NCBI GenBank assembly: GCA_963712745.1
Contig: CAVQJC010000017.1
Coordinates: forward strand, 256,001 to 320,000
Source: an uncultured Chloroflexia bacterium
GTDB taxonomy: Bacteria; Chloroflexota; Limnocylindria; Limnocylindrales; CSP1-4
Direction: 5' to 3'
Length of the DNA stretch: 64,000 nucleotides
Shown here: positions 61,783 through 64,000 of the stretch, in pieces
Layout: every line of letters starts with the position of its first letter
Numbering within the stretch: position 1 is the first letter of the stretch
Position numbers and translations under genes: made by a program
Notes under the pieces: model-generated
What the model saw: only the letters and a program-made list of their open reading frames with translations
The model's database searches: none
What the model was told of the DNA's origin: nothing

Positions 61783-62273
61783 ACCGGCTCGGCCATGGCG
61801 TGCTTGAGCCCCCTGGCCAGCTCAGCCTGCTCCTCCTCGGAGAGGTTGAGCGCGAGCACGCGCATGTACTCCTCCTCCTCGGCCAGGTGCACCTTCATCA
61901 ACGCATAGATGCGATACAGCACACGCCGCAGCCCGATGGTGCCGGCCGGTCCAAGCGCGTCAGCCTCGACGGCCTGGAGGAAGACGCCGAGCCGCGAGAT
62001 GAGGCCCCTGAGGTCCTCGTGCTCGCGACGCATCTGCAGCATCGAATGCCGCTTTCGCATGAGCCGATCGAGCTCCGGGTAGAGGCTGGCCTCCACGGCT
62101 TCGATGTGCGGCTCGAGCGTCTCGGTCACGAAGCGGACCAGACTCGCGAGGCCTTCGTCGAAGGCGGCTGGGCGTGGTCGTTGGCCGAGCATGTCGGCCA
62201 GCTCCGGCAGCTGGTCGAGCACCTCCGAGATGCGCTCGTGGTGCTCGTGCCCGACATCGGTGACCGCTGGCAA
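61779..62273 (-). CDS. Hemerythrin-like (HHE cation-binding) protein
   Basis: HEHH, PHIEAVEASLYP, MRREH, KVHLAEEEEY; TTG start after GGAGG. Confidence 0.85.
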   Translation of the reverse strand: MPAVTDVGHEHHERISEVLDQLPELADMLGQRPRPAAFDEGLASLVRFVTETLEPHIEAVEASLYPELDRLMRKRHSMLQMRREHEDLRGLISRLGVFLQAVEADALGPAGTIGLRRVLYRIYALMKVHLAEEEEYMRVLALNLSEEEQAELARGLKHAMAEPV

Positions 62274-62364
62274 GAGCCCATTCCTCCCGTTGCTGATGTG
62301 AACAACGATACGCGGCCCGACGCCGTGGGTCCACAAGGCTGGCGCCCGCCCCTGAACTATATGC

Positions 62365-62380
62365 TTCCTACATGTAGAAT
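62365..62380. promoter_or_regulatory. AT-rich palindrome in a divergent promoter (candidate PadR operator)
   Basis: ctacatgtag (62368-62377) overlaps the -10-like TAGAAT between two divergent hemerythrin genes. Confidence 0.55.
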
Positions 62381-62424
62381 ACTGACAGCGGTCCTGACCG
62401 CGAGCGCGCACCGGGAGGCACAAG

Positions 62425-62928
62425 ATGCAGACGCTGGGCGGTGTCTCGCATGAGCACCACGACCTCCTTTGGCGAGCCGTCGACCGGCTGAGCGACCTGG
62501 CCGAGTGTCTCGATTGCGATTGTCTCGACCGGGCTGAACTCCTGGCCCGGTTGCCACAGTTGCAGGAGATCCACGACAGCTTGACCATGCAGCTGATCCC
62601 GCACATGGAAGCTGTCGAGACTGCGGTGTACCCGACGCTCGAGAGGATCGTGGCCGACCACGGCGTGACCGTCACGATGGCGGACGAGCACGAGCAGATC
62701 CGTCGGCTGGTGGCGGCGTTGGGCTCGTTCATCGACGAACCCGCGGCTCACGCCGATCGATCGGCCATCCTGGTCCTGCGGCGCATCCTGTTGCGCCTGC
62801 ACGCGCTGCTCAAGACACATCTGGCGGAGGAGGAGCTGTACATCCCCATCCTCGAGGACCGCTTGACGCCGGGGCAGGAGGCGGCCCTGGCCAGGGCGCT
62901 CGACCACCTCGCGGCCGAGCGACTGTAG
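62425..62928 (+). CDS. Hemerythrin-like protein with CLDCDC motif
   Basis: SHEHH, PHMEAVETAVYP, MADEH, KTHLAEEELY. Confidence 0.88.
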   Translation: MQTLGGVSHEHHDLLWRAVDRLSDLAECLDCDCLDRAELLARLPQLQEIHDSLTMQLIPHMEAVETAVYPTLERIVADHGVTVTMADEHEQIRRLVAALGSFIDEPAAHADRSAILVLRRILLRLHALLKTHLAEEELYIPILEDRLTPGQEAALARALDHLAAERL

Positions 62929-63018
62929 GAGCAGGCCGAGTCCGTCCTGCTGCCGCCCGCCCCCGACCCTTGGCCCGCCTGTCGCAGCCCTGCCTCGAGC
63001 GACTATGCTCACCAACCC

Positions 63019-63507
63019 ATGGATGCGTCCAGCGAACGAGCGGCCGACGGCGCGGCCTCCATCACCAGCGACCTTGCCTCCGACCACGACGAGACGGGGG
63101 TTCCTGTCCATCGTGGCTGGGCTCCGCGCGGCGGGCGGCACCGCTGGATGGAGCCGTTCGTGCTGGTCCTGCTGGCCGACGGGGGAGCGCACGGCTACGC
63201 CATCACCGCCCAACTCGAGGAGATGGGCATCACCGGAGGGCCCGTGGACATCGGGCAGGTGTACCGCACGCTGCGCGAGCTGGAGGGGGCCGGACAGGTC
63301 ACCTCCTCCTGGTCGGCCACCCCTGTGGGACCGCAGCGACGCGAGTACGAGCTCACCGATGCCGGCTACGCGACCATCGACGCCTGGGCAGCGGTGATGA
63401 AGGAGCGGGCCAGGCTCATCGGCGAGTTCAACGCTCGATACCTCGAATCAGTGGCTGCCCCGCGAAGGCAGGCCCAGCCTCCGACGGGCCGCGAGCCGAC
63501 CGCCTGA
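63019..63507 (+). CDS. PadR-family transcriptional regulator (paralog of 61357)
   Basis: RWMEPFVL, HGYAI, VYRTLRELE, WAAVMKERARLIGEFNA. Confidence 0.9.
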   Translation: MDASSERAADGAASITSDLASDHDETGVPVHRGWAPRGGRHRWMEPFVLVLLADGGAHGYAITAQLEEMGITGGPVDIGQVYRTLRELEGAGQVTSSWSATPVGPQRREYELTDAGYATIDAWAAVMKERARLIGEFNARYLESVAAPRRQAQPPTGREPTA

Positions 63508-63529
63508 TCGACCTACCCCTGGTCAGCGC

Positions 63530-64000
63530 TCAGAAAGCGGCGATGCCGGCGTGGTCCATGGCCTTGGCCAGTCTGGCGGCCTCAGCTTCGGACTCGCCGT
63601 GCTCGATGATGCCGAGGTACAGCTCCTCTTCGGCGAGGTGTGTCTTCAGGATCGCGTACAGGCGGAAGACGATGCGGCGCAGGGATACGCAGTCACCGGT
63701 GTGGTGGCAGCCATCAGCCATCTTGGGGCGCATGTCCGAGAGGGCGGCCACGAGCTTGCGGATCTCGTCATGCTCGCGCCGCATGGTGGCCATCGAATGG
63801 CGGTTCTGCAGCATCCGCTCCAGCTCTGGGTAGAGGGCTCGCTCGGATGCCTCCATGTGCGGGATCAGCAGTCCCTCGAGGAAGTCGGCGAGCTCCTCGA
63901 CGCGGGGCCGGAGCTCGGCCACCGGAGCTTTGCCGATCATGTCCCCGATCTCGGGCATGGCGTCGATGTGCGCGATGAGCCGATCATGGTGCTCATGTGA
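63530..64000 (-). CDS. Hemerythrin-like protein (5' end beyond the window)
   Basis: SHEHHDRLIAH..., PHMEASERALYP, MRREH, KTHLAEEELY. Confidence 0.88.
   Translation of the reverse strand, partial: SHEHHDRLIAHIDAMPEIGDMIGKAPVAELRPRVEELADFLEGLLIPHMEASERALYPELERMLQNRHSMATMRREHDEIRKLVAALSDMRPKMADGCHHTGDCVSLRRIVFRLYAILKTHLAEEELYLGIIEHGESEAEAARLAKAMDHAGIAAF

Overview
High-GC (roughly 70%) bacterial chromosomal window with about 55 genes; no rRNA, tRNA, CRISPR array, integrase or transposase was recognised. The gene repertoire suggests a Chloroflexota- or Actinomycetota-type soil or sediment organism (inference). Blocks in order: a partial orphan N4/N6 DNA methyltransferase, an AAA-LuxR regulator and a tandem-cupredoxin lipoprotein; an XRE-HTH/PD-(D/E)XK gene next to a hairpin plus tandem-repeat element; a purine catabolic cluster (xanthine dehydrogenase, MocA, guanine deaminase, FGGY kinase) headed by a vapBC pair; an array of ECF sigma/anti-sigma pairs with beta-helix ectodomains; a Vsr + BglII/BamHI-fold REase + Sau3AI-like C5 MTase + TM0106-nuclease defence locus; a group 3b [NiFe] hydrogenase operon with fused beta-gamma subunit and a divergent hypA-hypC-DUF6390 operon; a sugar ABC transporter with GH125; a two-component system; an M1 peptidase; and a PadR x2 / hemerythrin-like x3 cluster. 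Best candidates for an undescribed system: (1) DUF6390 carries a hidden HypC-like domain with the Cys/His ligands while the neighbouring HypC has lost the His, which may be an alternative hydrogenase-maturation module; (2) recurring intergenic elements built from a fold-back core flanked by tandem arrays, sharing motifs and with one copy abutting an HTH-nuclease gene; (3) an ECF array whose anti-sigma has an internal RBS+ATG that could yield a free secreted isoform; (4) the PadR-hemerythrin cluster. Six short frameshifts may be assembly errors. All family calls come from motif recognition by eye, not database searches.
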